64,000 nucleotides of DNA from an uncultured Acidobacteriota bacterium (GTDB lineage Bacteria > Acidobacteriota > Blastocatellia > RBC074). The stretch lies in the NCBI GenBank assembly GCA_963796275.1, contig CAWCKY010000006.1:1984001-2048000 (forward strand), given 5' to 3'. The notes below the pieces were generated by a model. It was given only the letters and a program-made list of their open reading frames with translations, searched no databases and had not been told where the DNA came from. Position numbers and translations under genes: made by a program. Of this stretch, positions 51,179 through 63,700 are shown piece after piece. Positions within the stretch are counted from its first letter, which is position 1; every line of letters begins with the position of its first letter.

Positions 51179-51532
51179 TCATTTCAAGTTACCTTTATGC
51201 GATTTTTCATCGGGCTCGGCGAGCAAATCGCCCAGCCGATCCAACCGCCGCTCCCAGATCGAACGGCGGTCGGCGATCCATCGCTCCACTACCGAAAGCC
51301 CTTCGGGTTCGATGCGGCAAGTCCGCACCCGCCCGACCTTTTCGGTATATACGAGCCCGCTCTCTTCCAATACCTGTAAATGTTGAACTACCGCGGCAAG
51401 CGTGATGGCGAGCGGCTGCGCCAACTGCGAGACGGATATGGGTCCTTCGCAGATTTTCTCCACTATTGCCCGGCGCGTGGGATCGCCGAGCGCGTGGAAA
51501 ACACGCTGGATGCTGGCTTTTCTATTTGGCAT
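51179..51532 (-). CDS. ArsR/SmtB family regulator
   Basis: FHALGDPTRRAI, QHLQVLEESGLV.TEKVGRVR. Confidence 0.9.
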   Translation of the reverse strand: MPNRKASIQRVFHALGDPTRRAIVEKICEGPISVSQLAQPLAITLAAVVQHLQVLEESGLVYTEKVGRVRTCRIEPEGLSVVERWIADRRSIWERRLDRLGDLLAEPDEKSHKGNLK

Positions 51533-51552
51533 AGACGGTGCCTCGCCGCGTA

Positions 51553-52026
51553 TTAGCGAGCCAACTCCTTCCCCAGTCGTTCGAGCAGCTGGCGCCAACC
51601 CTCTTGACGAATTTGAAGACCGTCGGCGCCCTCAAAGAACGCCGCCTGTTCCGTGAAGATGAGGTCGGTCCCTTTATCCGTGCGTAAAAATTCAAAGGTT
51701 GCCAGAGATGCCGAGATGCGCTTTTCGCCAAAGGTCATCGTATACGCGATTACAACGCGACGCTCCGGCACAATGTCCTGATAACTGGTATCGCTCAAAA
51801 GCGCCGTACCCTCGAACGGAGTCCCCTCCTTGAAGCGAAAGCGGGCGCGTTCCACGCCGCCGACTCGAAAATCCATCACATATTCCTCGACCTCCAGTCC
51901 TTCGCCCTCGACAAACCAGCGGCGCTTTTTCGCCGGGTCCGTAAATGCGGCGAATACCCGCTCGGGCGTGGCGGGATAACTCCGCTCGATAACGTATGTT
52001 TCGTGCGTGACAGTTCGCTCTTCCAT
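51553..52026 (-). CDS. SRPBCC/AHSA1 family protein
   Basis: IERSYPA.PERVF.AF.DP..KRRWF, DFRVGG. Confidence 0.9.
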   Translation of the reverse strand: MEERTVTHETYVIERSYPATPERVFAAFTDPAKKRRWFVEGEGLEVEEYVMDFRVGGVERARFRFKEGTPFEGTALLSDTSYQDIVPERRVVIAYTMTFGEKRISASLATFEFLRTDKGTDLIFTEQAAFFEGADGLQIRQEGWRQLLERLGKELAR

Positions 52027-52050
52027 CGAAATCCTTCCTTTCTATATTGG

Positions 52051-52107
52051 TTAAGTGCCGACTTAAGCATTCCACGGCGCGCGGCAAATTGTCAAGTCGA
52101 CACTTAA
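52051..52107. promoter_or_regulatory. Two 6-4-6 inverted repeats, probable ArsR operators
   Basis: TTAAGT-gccg-ACTTAA (52051-52066) and TCAAGT-cgac-ACTTAA (52092-52107). Confidence 0.6.
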
Positions 52108-52320
52108 GTAATTTTTGTGAGGGAAGTAACCCGGGATTTAAACGCTCGTCATCAAAACTCTCACGATTTGCGATCATTACTATCTGAAAGGGACTCTCTG
52201 AAAGGGCAGTTGAGGTTAGCGGTGGTTCACTACGCTTCACCCACTGTGAATCTACACAAATCAGAGAATCTCGCAATCCCACCAAACGGCGGGAGGTTAT
52301 ACATATTGATTGGCCTCTTC

Positions 52321-52582
52321 TTAGCCCGATTCATCGGGCTTTCCCGCAGGGCATTAGGCCAGTCCTTTGAGGATTTGTCCTTTGAGGACTGGTGAGCTCA
52401 GGAGACCTAATCTCGAGGGCGCTTTAGCGTCCTTGCAGTCCGGCTTTAGCCACCAATGATCGAGCGACGGCTAAAGCCCGATAACAAGCCCGTTGAAAAC
52501 GGGCTAGGGATATATCCTTCAAGCTACCAGCCGTCAAACGGCCGGCCTATCTGCCCTGCGGGAAACCCCGGTAAACCGGGCT
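52321..52582. repeat. Cluster of short REP-like palindromes
   Basis: agcccgattcatcgggct; ggctttagcc/ggctaaagcc; agcccgttgaaaacgggct; cccggtaaaccggg. Confidence 0.7.
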
Positions 52583-52839
52583 GAGGAGATACCTATCATT
52601 CTGTGCCGTCTCCTGCCATCGAGGGATTTCAAAATCAGAGTTGTAGATACCAATGACGCTTCACTCCCGGCTACATTCTGCTGTGCCTCCGGGCAAACCG
52701 AAAAGTTTGGATTATGACAAGGCGATAAAACTGCTTTAAGCGGGAGACTGAGCAGGCGCGAGCCCGGGGAGGAATGGGAGAAGGGCGAGGAAGGTCAGAC
52801 GGATGGCTGGCCGATTGGGGATCACGGTCAGCTATTGCG

Positions 52840-53877
52840 TTATTTCATCAGGGGTGGGGCTGTTGACTCACGGATTCGCAATTCGGTTTTGAGCATGACG
52901 AGAGAATCCGCGGGCATCACGGAATGGCCGCCGGAGGGCTCAAGTTTGCCGAGCAGCATTTTCATGGCCTGTTTTCCGATTTCGTTCGTAGGCTGCGCAA
53001 CGGTTGTAAGTTTGGGGCGGAAATTTGCCGCCCACACGAAATCATCGAAACCGAGAATGCTGACTTGTTCGGGGCAGGAGACTCGCAGCTCACTGACGGC
53101 CTGCATCAGTCCGAGCGTCATTTTATTGTTACAAGCAAGAATTGCGGTCGGAAGTTCGGCCAGCCGCAGCAACTCGAGGCCGCCCTGGTAGCCGCTCTCA
53201 ATCTGAAAATCGCCACGATAAAAGTAATCCTCGCGCACCGGAAGGTGTGCCTCCTGCATAGCCCGGCGGAATCCTTCGATGCGGTCCATGCCGTTGGAGA
53301 GGCGTAACTCTCCGGCGATGATGGCGATACGCGTGTGTCCCAGTGCAATCAGGTGGCGCGTCGCTTCGTATGCTCCCCCGATGTTGTCCGACACGACGGC
53401 GCCGCCTCTGAAACCGATGGGAACACGATCGATAAATACAACTGGGAAACGGCGGCGGATGAGGCTGTCGTGGGCGGATGATGAATCGGTGCAGGCCAGC
53501 ACTACGCCGTCCACCCGCCGCGAGAAGAGCATACTCAACTGATGCTGCTCTCGTTGCTCGTCATCGCCGGAGTTGCAGAGAATGAGAGAATACCCGTTCT
53601 GCAGCGCTTCCGTTTCCAGGCCCTGAACGACTTCCGTGAAAAACGGGTTGGTGATATCGGGTACGACCATGCCGATGACGTTCGTCTTGCCGACCTTTAA
53701 GCTGCGCGCGACGTGATCCGGATGGTAATCGAGCGCCGCCATCGCTTCCAACACTCGCCGCGTCCGCTCGGCGCTCACTCCGCCTTTTCCGTTGACAACA
53801 GCCGAAACCGTCGCCACCGAAACATCAGCCAGCCGCGCGACATCAACCATCGTGTGTGACTTATTACCTTCGGCCAT
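52840..53877 (-). CDS. LacI family transcriptional regulator
   Basis: DVARLADVSVATVSAV HTH, ARSL hinge, GFDD, LTTV.QP. Confidence 0.95.
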   Translation of the reverse strand: MAEGNKSHTMVDVARLADVSVATVSAVVNGKGGVSAERTRRVLEAMAALDYHPDHVARSLKVGKTNVIGMVVPDITNPFFTEVVQGLETEALQNGYSLILCNSGDDEQREQHQLSMLFSRRVDGVVLACTDSSSAHDSLIRRRFPVVFIDRVPIGFRGGAVVSDNIGGAYEATRHLIALGHTRIAIIAGELRLSNGMDRIEGFRRAMQEAHLPVREDYFYRGDFQIESGYQGGLELLRLAELPTAILACNNKMTLGLMQAVSELRVSCPEQVSILGFDDFVWAANFRPKLTTVAQPTNEIGKQAMKMLLGKLEPSGGHSVMPADSLVMLKTELRIRESTAPPLMK

Positions 53878-53956
53878 AGATTTGACTCAATTTCTTCTCC
53901 TGATCTCCGTTTCAACATTTCGCTCAAGTTGCATGCGCGGGCGATAACATTTTGCC

Positions 53957-54191
53957 GCAATCTGAAACGTTTCAGATTGCAATTGTGTCGCCACTATTCC
54001 CCTCGGACTGTCATATTCTTTTTATAGATGTATACAATTACCGACATTCCGGGATAACGTTAGTCTCTTGACATCGGCTGGGAAGGTATTGTATGAAACG
54101 TTTCGAATTTTGTGAAGTCCAACATTTCCGGCGATACCACATATTTTTACGGGTATTGTTTTTACAGTCTGATTTGATATGAAACGTTTCA
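53957..54191. promoter_or_regulatory. Three LacI-type operators TGAAACGTTTC(A/G)
   Basis: Perfect 24-bp palindrome gcaatctgaaacgtttcagattgc (53957-53980); further copies at 54094 and 54180; TTGACA at 54068. Confidence 0.85.
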
Positions 54192-54266
54192 GTCATTCAG
54201 ATTGGCCGATAGTTCTCTCCAGCGAGAAAACAGGGCAGTAAATTTCAAGGGCGCGCGCGACCTTTC

Positions 54267-55775
54267 ATGACTCACATCCTCGAAGCACGCAAGATCAGCA
54301 AGAGTTTTCCGGGCGTGGTAGCGCTCAACGAGGTGAATCTCGGCGTGCGCGGCGGCTCGGTTCACGCCGTCATCGGCGAGAATGGGGCGGGCAAATCAAC
54401 GCTGATGAAGATACTGTCCGGAGTTTACCGCGCCGATTCGGGGCGAATTCTGCTGAATGGTAGGGAGGTTGAGTTCGCTTCGCCGCGTGCGGCGGAGCGG
54501 GCGGGAATCGTCATCATTCATCAGGAACTCAATCTGGTTCCCGCGCTCTCAATCGCCGAGAACATCTTTCTCGGACGTGAGCCGGCGCGCTTCGGCTTTG
54601 TTAATCGGCGGAAGATGGAGCGGAACGCCGATTTTTTACTCGATCGCCTCGGGCACCGGCTCGATCCGCGGGCCACCTTAGGGAGTCTCAAGGTGAACGA
54701 TCAGCAGGTGGTCGAGATAGCCCGAGCCCTCTCGCTCGATGCCCGCGTACTGATTATGGACGAGCCGACGACGGCGCTCGCGGCAGGCGATGTCGAGAGG
54801 CTATTCGGCATCATTCGCGCTTTGGCGAGCGCGGGTACCAGCGTCGTCTACATTTCGCACAAAATGAACGAGCTGTTCCGCATCGCCGGAGAGTTCACGG
54901 TGTTGCGCGACGGCGAATTGATCGGACATCGCGTTGCATCCGAGACAAACCCCGGCGAACTGATGAGGATGATGGTCGGACGCGAGGTTACATATAAGCG
55001 GGAGAAACGTAACTGGCAGAGGAATGTAGAGCTTTTGCGCGTTGAAGGTCTCTGTTCGCGGGAGAAGGATGCGGTCGGACGCCGCCGCTTGTCGGATATC
55101 AGTTTCAGTCTGCGCGCCGGAGAAGTGCTCGGCGTCGCCGGGCTGATGGGCGCCGGGCGCACGGAACTGCTGGAAAGCCTCTTCGGCGTGCACAAGGCGG
55201 CAGGCGAGTCGCGCCTCGTGATGAACGGGCAGCCGCTCTTCGTTAACGATCCGCGACAGGCGATCAAGGCGGGTCTGGCGTTCGTCTCGGAAGACCGCAA
55301 CGCGCAGGGATTGGTGCTCAATCTCGATGTCGGAAGCAATATCACGCTCGCGCGGCTCGAACGTTTCAGCCGCCTCGGCTTCTTGCGGAAGGAGCACGAA
55401 GACGCGGCTTCCCGCGAGTACATCGCGCAACTTAGCATCAAGACGCCGGGCCTCCGCGCCGCGACAAAAAACCTGAGCGGCGGCAATCAACAAAAGGTCG
55501 TGCTGGCCAAGTGGCTGTTGACTGGGCCGAGCGTATTGTTGCTGGACGAGCCGACGAAGGGGATCGACATCAAAGGCAAGACCGAAATCTACCGCTTGAT
55601 CGAAGAACTCGCCGTGAGCGGTCTCGGCATCGTTCTCGTATCGTCGGAGCTTCCCGAACTGCTGGCTCTGAGCGACCGCATCATCGTGCTGCGTGAGGGA
55701 AGAGTCGCCGGCACTCTCGAACGTCAGGAGGCGACGGAGGAGCGCATCATTGAACTGGCAACTATCGGAAACTAA
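54267..55775 (+). CDS. Monosaccharide ABC transporter ATPase (RbsA/MglA-like)
   Basis: GENGAGKST, DEPT x2, LSGGNQQK. Confidence 0.95.
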   Translation: MTHILEARKISKSFPGVVALNEVNLGVRGGSVHAVIGENGAGKSTLMKILSGVYRADSGRILLNGREVEFASPRAAERAGIVIIHQELNLVPALSIAENIFLGREPARFGFVNRRKMERNADFLLDRLGHRLDPRATLGSLKVNDQQVVEIARALSLDARVLIMDEPTTALAAGDVERLFGIIRALASAGTSVVYISHKMNELFRIAGEFTVLRDGELIGHRVASETNPGELMRMMVGREVTYKREKRNWQRNVELLRVEGLCSREKDAVGRRRLSDISFSLRAGEVLGVAGLMGAGRTELLESLFGVHKAAGESRLVMNGQPLFVNDPRQAIKAGLAFVSEDRNAQGLVLNLDVGSNITLARLERFSRLGFLRKEHEDAASREYIAQLSIKTPGLRAATKNLSGGNQQKVVLAKWLLTGPSVLLLDEPTKGIDIKGKTEIYRLIEELAVSGLGIVLVSSELPELLALSDRIIVLREGRVAGTLERQEATEERIIELATIGN

Positions 55776-55809
55776 AAAGCGCGCGTGGCGACTCGCAGGC
55801 TTCGCTGCG

Positions 55810-56772
55810 ATGCACAGTCGCGTGAGGCGCATCCAGCTCGGCCGGTTCAAGCCATTTGTCGGATTATTCGCGGTGTTCCTGCTCGCGTGCGTCTTCTCGC
55901 CGGTGCGTCGCGGCGAACTTATCTTTTTGGACGCCGGCAACCTGACGGACATTCTCCGACAGATCTCAGAGAAGGGCATCCTCGCCGTCGGAATGACCTT
56001 CGTGATTCTTGCCGGGGCAATCGATCTCTCGGTCGGTTCGGTGCTCGCGTTCGCGGCAACGCTCTCTTCCGTAATGTTGATGCGCGGCGGCTACGGGACT
56101 CCGGAGACAGTCATCGCGGTGCTGGCTGCCGGGCTGCTCATTGGCGCGGTTAACGCGACGATCATCACGAAAGGACGCATTCAATCGTTCGTCGTGACGC
56201 TGGCGATGATGAGCGCGGCGCGCGGCCTGGCCCGGCTCGTGTCGGGAGGCTCCGGCGTCGAGATGGGTTACGGCGAGGCTGGCGCGCCGCAGAGCTTCTC
56301 TCTGGTCGGAGGTAAATTCGTCCTGCCTGTCCCGGCTCTGATTTTTCTGGCGACAGTAGCCATCGCGTGGATCGTCCTTAATAAAACGCGCTTCGGGCGT
56401 TACGTCTACGCCGTCGGCAGCAATGAAACGGCGAGCCGTCTGTCGGGCGTCGGCGTCGATTGGGTCAAGTTCTGCGTCTTCTCGATCTGCGGGCTATTGG
56501 CTGCGCTCGCCGGGATCATCCATTGCGCACAACTCGAACAGGGCAATCCGAACGACGGGGTAGCTTACGAACTCGACGCAATCGCCGCAGTCGTCATCGG
56601 CGGCACGTCGCTCTCGGGCGGCACCGGCACAGTTGTGGGAACGCTCGTAGGCACCCTGATTATAGGCATCATCAACAACATTCTCGGTCTCAACAACATC
56701 GACGCCAATCTGCAATTGATTTTTAAGGGCGTCATCATCATCGGAGCAGTGCTGCTGCAACGAAGGGGCTGA
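55810..56772 (+). CDS. Monosaccharide ABC permease (RbsC-like)
   Basis: IDLSVGS, YELDAIAAVVIGGTSL.GG. Confidence 0.93.
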   Translation: MHSRVRRIQLGRFKPFVGLFAVFLLACVFSPVRRGELIFLDAGNLTDILRQISEKGILAVGMTFVILAGAIDLSVGSVLAFAATLSSVMLMRGGYGTPETVIAVLAAGLLIGAVNATIITKGRIQSFVVTLAMMSAARGLARLVSGGSGVEMGYGEAGAPQSFSLVGGKFVLPVPALIFLATVAIAWIVLNKTRFGRYVYAVGSNETASRLSGVGVDWVKFCVFSICGLLAALAGIIHCAQLEQGNPNDGVAYELDAIAAVVIGGTSLSGGTGTVVGTLVGTLIIGIINNILGLNNIDANLQLIFKGVIIIGAVLLQRRG

Positions 56773-56794
56773 GATTTATCGAAAGACATCGAGT

Positions 56795-57769
56795 ATGAAA
56801 ACAATCCTGATAAAAGCGGAGCGGCCGGTTACGCGGCTTGCTGGCGGAAGCGCCGTCATATTACTGGCCATGCTCGGAGCAGCGTTTTCGGCGTGCAATC
56901 GCGGCGGCGAGGCGACCGGAAAATATATCATCGGCTTCTCGCAAGCCAACAAGGCGGAGCCGTGGCGAACGTGGATGGACAGCTCGCTGATGGAAGAAGC
57001 GGCCAAACACCCGAGGCTTGAGGTGCGCTATGCCGATGCGCAGCAAGACAACAGTAAGCAGGTCGCCGATGTGGAGAACTTCCTGAGGCAGCGCGTTGAT
57101 CTGCTCATCATATCTCCGAACGAAGCGAAGCCGTTGACCGGCATCGTCAAACGAGTCTACGAGAGCAATATTCCCGTCATCGTGCTCGACCGCAGCATCG
57201 AGGGCGACAGCTATACGACGTTCATCGGCGCGGACAACCGCGAGATCGGCAAAGCGGCGGGCGAATATGCGGCGCAATTGTTGAAGGGGAGAGGTATAGT
57301 CGTCGAGATCAAAGGCCTGCCCGGCTCCACGCCCGCGATCGACCGCAGCGCGGGCTTCCGCGAAGCTATAACGGTTCATCCCGGAATCAAAATCGTCGCC
57401 GATCCGGTGGCCGACTGGTTGCGCGACAAAGGCAGGGAACAGGCGGAAGCAGCCCTGCGCGCGAACGAAAAGATCGATCTGGTATACGGGCACAACGACC
57501 CGATGGCTATGGGCGCCTATCTCGCGGCGACGGCGATGAACCGCGCCGAGGGACTGAAGATCATCGGGATTGACGGTCTGCCGGGAACGGAAGGTGGAGC
57601 AAAGGCTGTGCTCGACGGAAAACTCGATGCGACGTTCCTTTACCCGAATTGCGGCAAAGAGGCCATCGAAACGGCGGTGAAAATCATGAACAAAGAACAG
57701 ACGCCGAAAAAGATCACGCTGCCGACGGCGCGGATCACCAGAGATAACGCCCCGCCGTTTATCGATTGA
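56795..57769 (+). CDS. Sugar-binding lipoprotein (RbsB-like)
   Basis: Lipobox FSAC, VIVLDR, GADN, HNDPMA, GIDG. Confidence 0.92.
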   Translation: MKTILIKAERPVTRLAGGSAVILLAMLGAAFSACNRGGEATGKYIIGFSQANKAEPWRTWMDSSLMEEAAKHPRLEVRYADAQQDNSKQVADVENFLRQRVDLLIISPNEAKPLTGIVKRVYESNIPVIVLDRSIEGDSYTTFIGADNREIGKAAGEYAAQLLKGRGIVVEIKGLPGSTPAIDRSAGFREAITVHPGIKIVADPVADWLRDKGREQAEAALRANEKIDLVYGHNDPMAMGAYLAATAMNRAEGLKIIGIDGLPGTEGGAKAVLDGKLDATFLYPNCGKEAIETAVKIMNKEQTPKKITLPTARITRDNAPPFID

Positions 57770-57846
57770 GTGGGCCGGATCACCAGCTATAAAAAAGATT
57801 GGCATAACCAACAAATATCGGCAGAAACACAAATAAAGGAGGTTAG

Positions 57847-59016
57847 ATGCAAATTGTGATTACTCGTTTTCTGTTCATCGCGTGCCTCATAGTTTTGACC
57901 GGGCAGGTCGTCAAGGCCCAGGGCAGGGACGAACTTTCCCAGCTGCCTTTCTTGAGGTCTTACACGCAGGAACGCATATCTTCACACGACCGCACGGGCG
58001 CGAACGACGACGGCAACTGGAAGAATCCGATAAAGGCTGGCGAGACGCGCACTATCGGCGAGGTGCAGGGACCGGGCTTAATTACGCACATGTGGTTCAC
58101 CATCGCGACGCCGGAGCACTACCACCTGAAGAAGATCGTTCTGCGGATGTACTGGGATGGCGAGCAGCTCCCGGCGGTCGAAACGCCCATCGGCGATTTC
58201 TTCGGTCTCGGCCACGGCGAGTATTTCATGTACGAGTCCGGTCCGCTCTCGGTCGGCTCGCAAAAGGCGCTCAACTGTTACTTCCCGATGCCGTTTCGGC
58301 GATCGGCTCGCATCACCATCACCAACGAAGGCGAGCGACCGATTCAGGCCTTCTACTACAACATAGACTGGCAGAAGCACAGGAGCCTGCCGGAGGAGAT
58401 CGCCTACTTTTACGCCGAGTACCGGCAGATGACTCCGACGCCGGGATGGACGTCCGATTGGAAGTTGAACTCAGATAAGAAGGTGAACGATCATCCGAAC
58501 ACTGATGGGGCGACCAATTACGTTATCCTCGAAACCGAAGGTCGTGGGCATTTCGCCGGCGTGACGCATAACATCATCCAGAATCAGGGCGACTGGTGGG
58601 GCGAAGGCGACGAGATGATCTTTATCGACGACAAGACGAAGCCTCACATCATCGGCACGGGCTCTGAGGACTATTACCTGGGGGCGTGGTGCTATGGTAA
58701 CTGCGGCATTTCACCCTTCGGGTCCAACTATCCGACATTCGCTTACAAAAATTATGGCAACCCGGTCAACGGCGGCGACAACCGCGGGGCGAAGTGGATG
58801 GTCTACCGCTTCCACACCGACTCGCCGATCCCATTCGAGAAGTATTTCAAGATGACTATCGAGCACGGCCATGCCAACCATCGTTCGGACAACTTCTCCA
58901 CGGTGGCTTATTGGTATCAGCAGGGGCCGCACCGGCTGCGCAAACCTCTGCCGCCGGTCGCCGAACGCATCCCGCACATGGTTAATGTCGATGGACCCAC
59001 GATGGGCAAGCCGTAG
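57847..59016 (+). CDS. DUF2961 / GH172 glycoside hydrolase, secreted
   Basis: GPG.ITHMWFT, P.GDFFG, WWGEGDE, GTGSEDY, EHGHAN, VAYWYQ. Confidence 0.88.
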   Translation: MQIVITRFLFIACLIVLTGQVVKAQGRDELSQLPFLRSYTQERISSHDRTGANDDGNWKNPIKAGETRTIGEVQGPGLITHMWFTIATPEHYHLKKIVLRMYWDGEQLPAVETPIGDFFGLGHGEYFMYESGPLSVGSQKALNCYFPMPFRRSARITITNEGERPIQAFYYNIDWQKHRSLPEEIAYFYAEYRQMTPTPGWTSDWKLNSDKKVNDHPNTDGATNYVILETEGRGHFAGVTHNIIQNQGDWWGEGDEMIFIDDKTKPHIIGTGSEDYYLGAWCYGNCGISPFGSNYPTFAYKNYGNPVNGGDNRGAKWMVYRFHTDSPIPFEKYFKMTIEHGHANHRSDNFSTVAYWYQQGPHRLRKPLPPVAERIPHMVNVDGPTMGKP

Positions 59017-59057
59017 ATGTTCATGCGCGTCAAGATGAGGATAAGGCTGGCTCCTAA

Positions 59058-59144
59058 GCCCCAAAGGGGCGCCAATCAAACAGCCAGGGGCTACGCGCGA
59101 GGCGCGCTCCACCCCTTGGCTATCTTATTGCGCGCCTTTGGCGC
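59058..59144. repeat. REP-like hairpin cluster between convergent genes
   Basis: gccccaaaggggc; agccagggg...ccccttggct; gcgcctttggcgc. Confidence 0.65.
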
Positions 59145-59323
59145 TCAGTGGCCAGATGTTAAGAAGTTGGCGGCTTATCTTGACACAAATGACCTATGTG
59201 TCTGCACCGGAGCGGCGCTACCGTGGGCCCGGGGCAGACACACAGGTGCCATAGATGGCGCGGACGGGCTGCGGGCTTCATTCATACCCGCAGCTCAGAC
59301 CATTGGGAGCCGATCAATTGGTC

Positions 59324-60631
<1,308 letters not shown>

Positions 60632-60703
60632 CGTGTTCTCCTCGAGCTAATGCCCGGGGGATTCATCATATCCATCGTTTCCCGCCCTGCGGCTGGATAC
60701 CAA

Positions 60704-63700
60704 TTAAAAGGACAGCTTCAAAGCGAATCGAAACTGTCGTTCGGTGCTTTGCGCTGTAGTGATCTCGGTGAATCCGTTCAGGTCGATGACTGACCCATCG
60801 GCTCTGCGCGTCGGCGATGAAACATTAGCCCCCGGGTTGTTGAAAGCCGGCGTGTTGGTCAGGTTGAATATCTCGGTGCGGAATTGCAGACCGAATCGTT
60901 CCGTTAATTTGAAGTTGCGGAAGAGGCTCGCATCCATATTGAAAACGCGGGGACCGCGCATTGAATTGCGACCTACTGTGCCATATCGGACTGCAGTCAC
61001 GGGCGCGAATGCGCCGGGCTCGAAATAGCTCTGTCCGGGTCCCACGTTGCCGAGAATCTTGACATCAGAGAGCACCTGGTCGGCAGTTTGAGTGTTGCCG
61101 GGCGCATTGAGGGATGTTCCCGAAGACGTCACGGTAAATGGAGTGCCGCTTATCGTGCTGATGATGGCGTTTAATTGCCATCCGCCCGACAACCTCGCAG
61201 CCGGGCCTCCGGCCGCCCAGCGCTTGCCTGGGCCGAACGGCAATTCGTAGACGCTATAAATTTGCAGATTGTGAGTCCGATCAAAGCCGGTGACCGCGCG
61301 ATTTCGCGCCCATTGCGACACGGAATTGAACGTCATGCCGGAATCGCTGTTATCGGCGTAACCGATGGCCTTCGAGAATGTGTACGACAGGCCGATTTGC
61401 GAGCCGGCATTTAATCGGCGCGTCAACTGAGTCTGCAGCGAGTCGTAGGTCGCCGTGCCGAACGGCATAAGTACGTTGATGTTGCCGATGCGACCGAATT
61501 TGGCGAGCGCGCGGCCGGCATTACCACCACCCAGCTCGCCCGCATTGATGTTGACGTTGGCTGTCTGACGAATGGCGCGAGAACCGACATAGGCCGCTTG
61601 CGCCGTAAAGCCCCAGCCTATATCGCGCTGAACGGTCAGGTTGAATGACTGGATATAGCCGCGATTGAAAACCTGCGGAAATGTTTGTGTGCCGATGTTG
61701 GCCGGCAGCGCGATCGAACCGGCAGAAATATCGGGCGATAGAATGGCGGGTAATCCAGCCTGCAACGTGCCCGCGGCCCGCAGTGAGGTGGCGCCGGATA
61801 GTTGCAGTGAGATCGTCGCGGGATACGCGTCGCGCATGTGGCGGAACGAGTTGGGGTCGATGCTGATGCCGTAACCCATACGGATGACGGTCTTCTCGGT
61901 CACGCGCCATGCGATACCCAGTCGCGGCGCGAGTTGACCCTTGCCGACATCCACACCTGTATTTTCCGGCGTACCACCCAGGCCACCGATCAGCACCTGG
62001 TCGGTAATCGGATCGTAACGATCCGCGCCGCGATGATCGCGCCTGGCGAATGGATATATCTCATAACGAGTGCCGAAATTGAGCGTCAGCTTGCGTGTGA
62101 CCTGCCACTGGTCGCGCGCGTAAATTCCCCAGCCGGGCATACGCACCGTCGCCGGATTGTTGAACTGCAAATCCTTGCCCATGCTCTGCGGCAATCCGAG
62201 CAGAAAATCAGCCCAGCCGTTATAGAGCGTGGGTGCAGGGCCGCCCCGCAGGGACGTCAACCCGCCCGAAAAGTTGAAACCGCCACGCGGGCCGAACGCC
62301 GTCTGTGGCTGAAAATGGTTGATCGTGTAGTAGGAATATTCGCCGCCGAACCGCAAGTTATGCGCGCCGCGCATCCAACTAAGGTTGCCTGCCGCCACGT
62401 ACTGGTTGTCGCGGAAGAGGAATGGGTTCGAGACGTTGGGATTGCCGATGGACGAAAGGCCGCTGATCGTAAAGCGCGGATAGCCGCCCTGAAATCTTTC
62501 CGGCCCGTTCGTGCCCGGGATGCCCAGCGTCTCCAGCCCATAGTTCTGGTCGATGTCGATGTTCTCCGCGCCCAGCCGTTGCCGCGTAAAACCGATGTTT
62601 CCATCCAGCAGCAAACTTGGCGTTAAGGTATAGGTTCCACCAATGGCAGTGCTCTGCACGCGGCCCGTCGCATTACCCGGCTGCCCGCCTGCGAGCGCAT
62701 CCCCACCTGCCGCGCCGAGCGAGGGCGGATCGAAAATTCGACTCGGCGAAAGCGAATATCGTCCGAACATCGTAGATTTCTCGGTCGGATTGTAGTTGAG
62801 CTTGAAATCGATGTTATCGCGGTTGAATTCGTAGTTTCCGGTTGCCAGATAATTGTTGGTGGGCGAAGCGGTGGTTCGGTTTGGCAGGGGAATCAGCGCG
62901 ATCATCTTCGCCGCAATCGGATCGATGAGACCATCCGGGATGCGATTCTCCGGGAATAACACACGCCCAGAACCATCGGCGTTCCCGGTCTCAGGATCGT
63001 AAATTAACGCGCCCGTGCCTCTGAAATCGCCCTGCCGCATGGCTACAGTCGGCACAGTGCGAAAAATCGATACATTCTGCCGCCTCATCGTGCGCTCCCA
63101 CGAGCCGAAGAAGAAGAGTTTGTTCTTGACGATGGGACCCCCGAATGTCCCGCCCAACTGGTTGAAGATATTCTTCGGCAACGCGCCTGGCTGGTCGTAA
63201 AAATATGGGCGCGCTTTCAATCTGCTGTTGGTGTGGAATTCGTGCGCGCTGCCATGAAATTCGTTAGTGCCCGATTTGATCTGGACATTGACCGCCGCGC
63301 CCCCCGCCATGCCTTGTTCGGCATCGAAGCTATTGGTCACGATGTTGACCGTTTCTACCGCGTCTTGCGGCGGCACATAAGCAACGATGTGCGGCAACCA
63401 CGGATAACTTACCGTCGCGCCATCCAGCCTCGTGTTGTTGTTCGAATACGACACGCCGTTGAAATTGGTGACCAGAGACCGTTGTGGATTCCCGGCGTCT
63501 GAGTGCGCATCAGCCGGCGGAGCCGCGCCGGGGATCAATTTGTACAGCTGCTGAAAATTGCGCCCCGCGCCGATGGGCAGGTTGGTGATCTGCGCCTTAT
63601 CGAGTTGCGAACTCACATCCGCGCGCTCGGTCTGTAAAATGGGCGCTTCCGTCGTAACCGTGACCGATTCACTCGTCGCGCCGACTTCCATACTCACATC

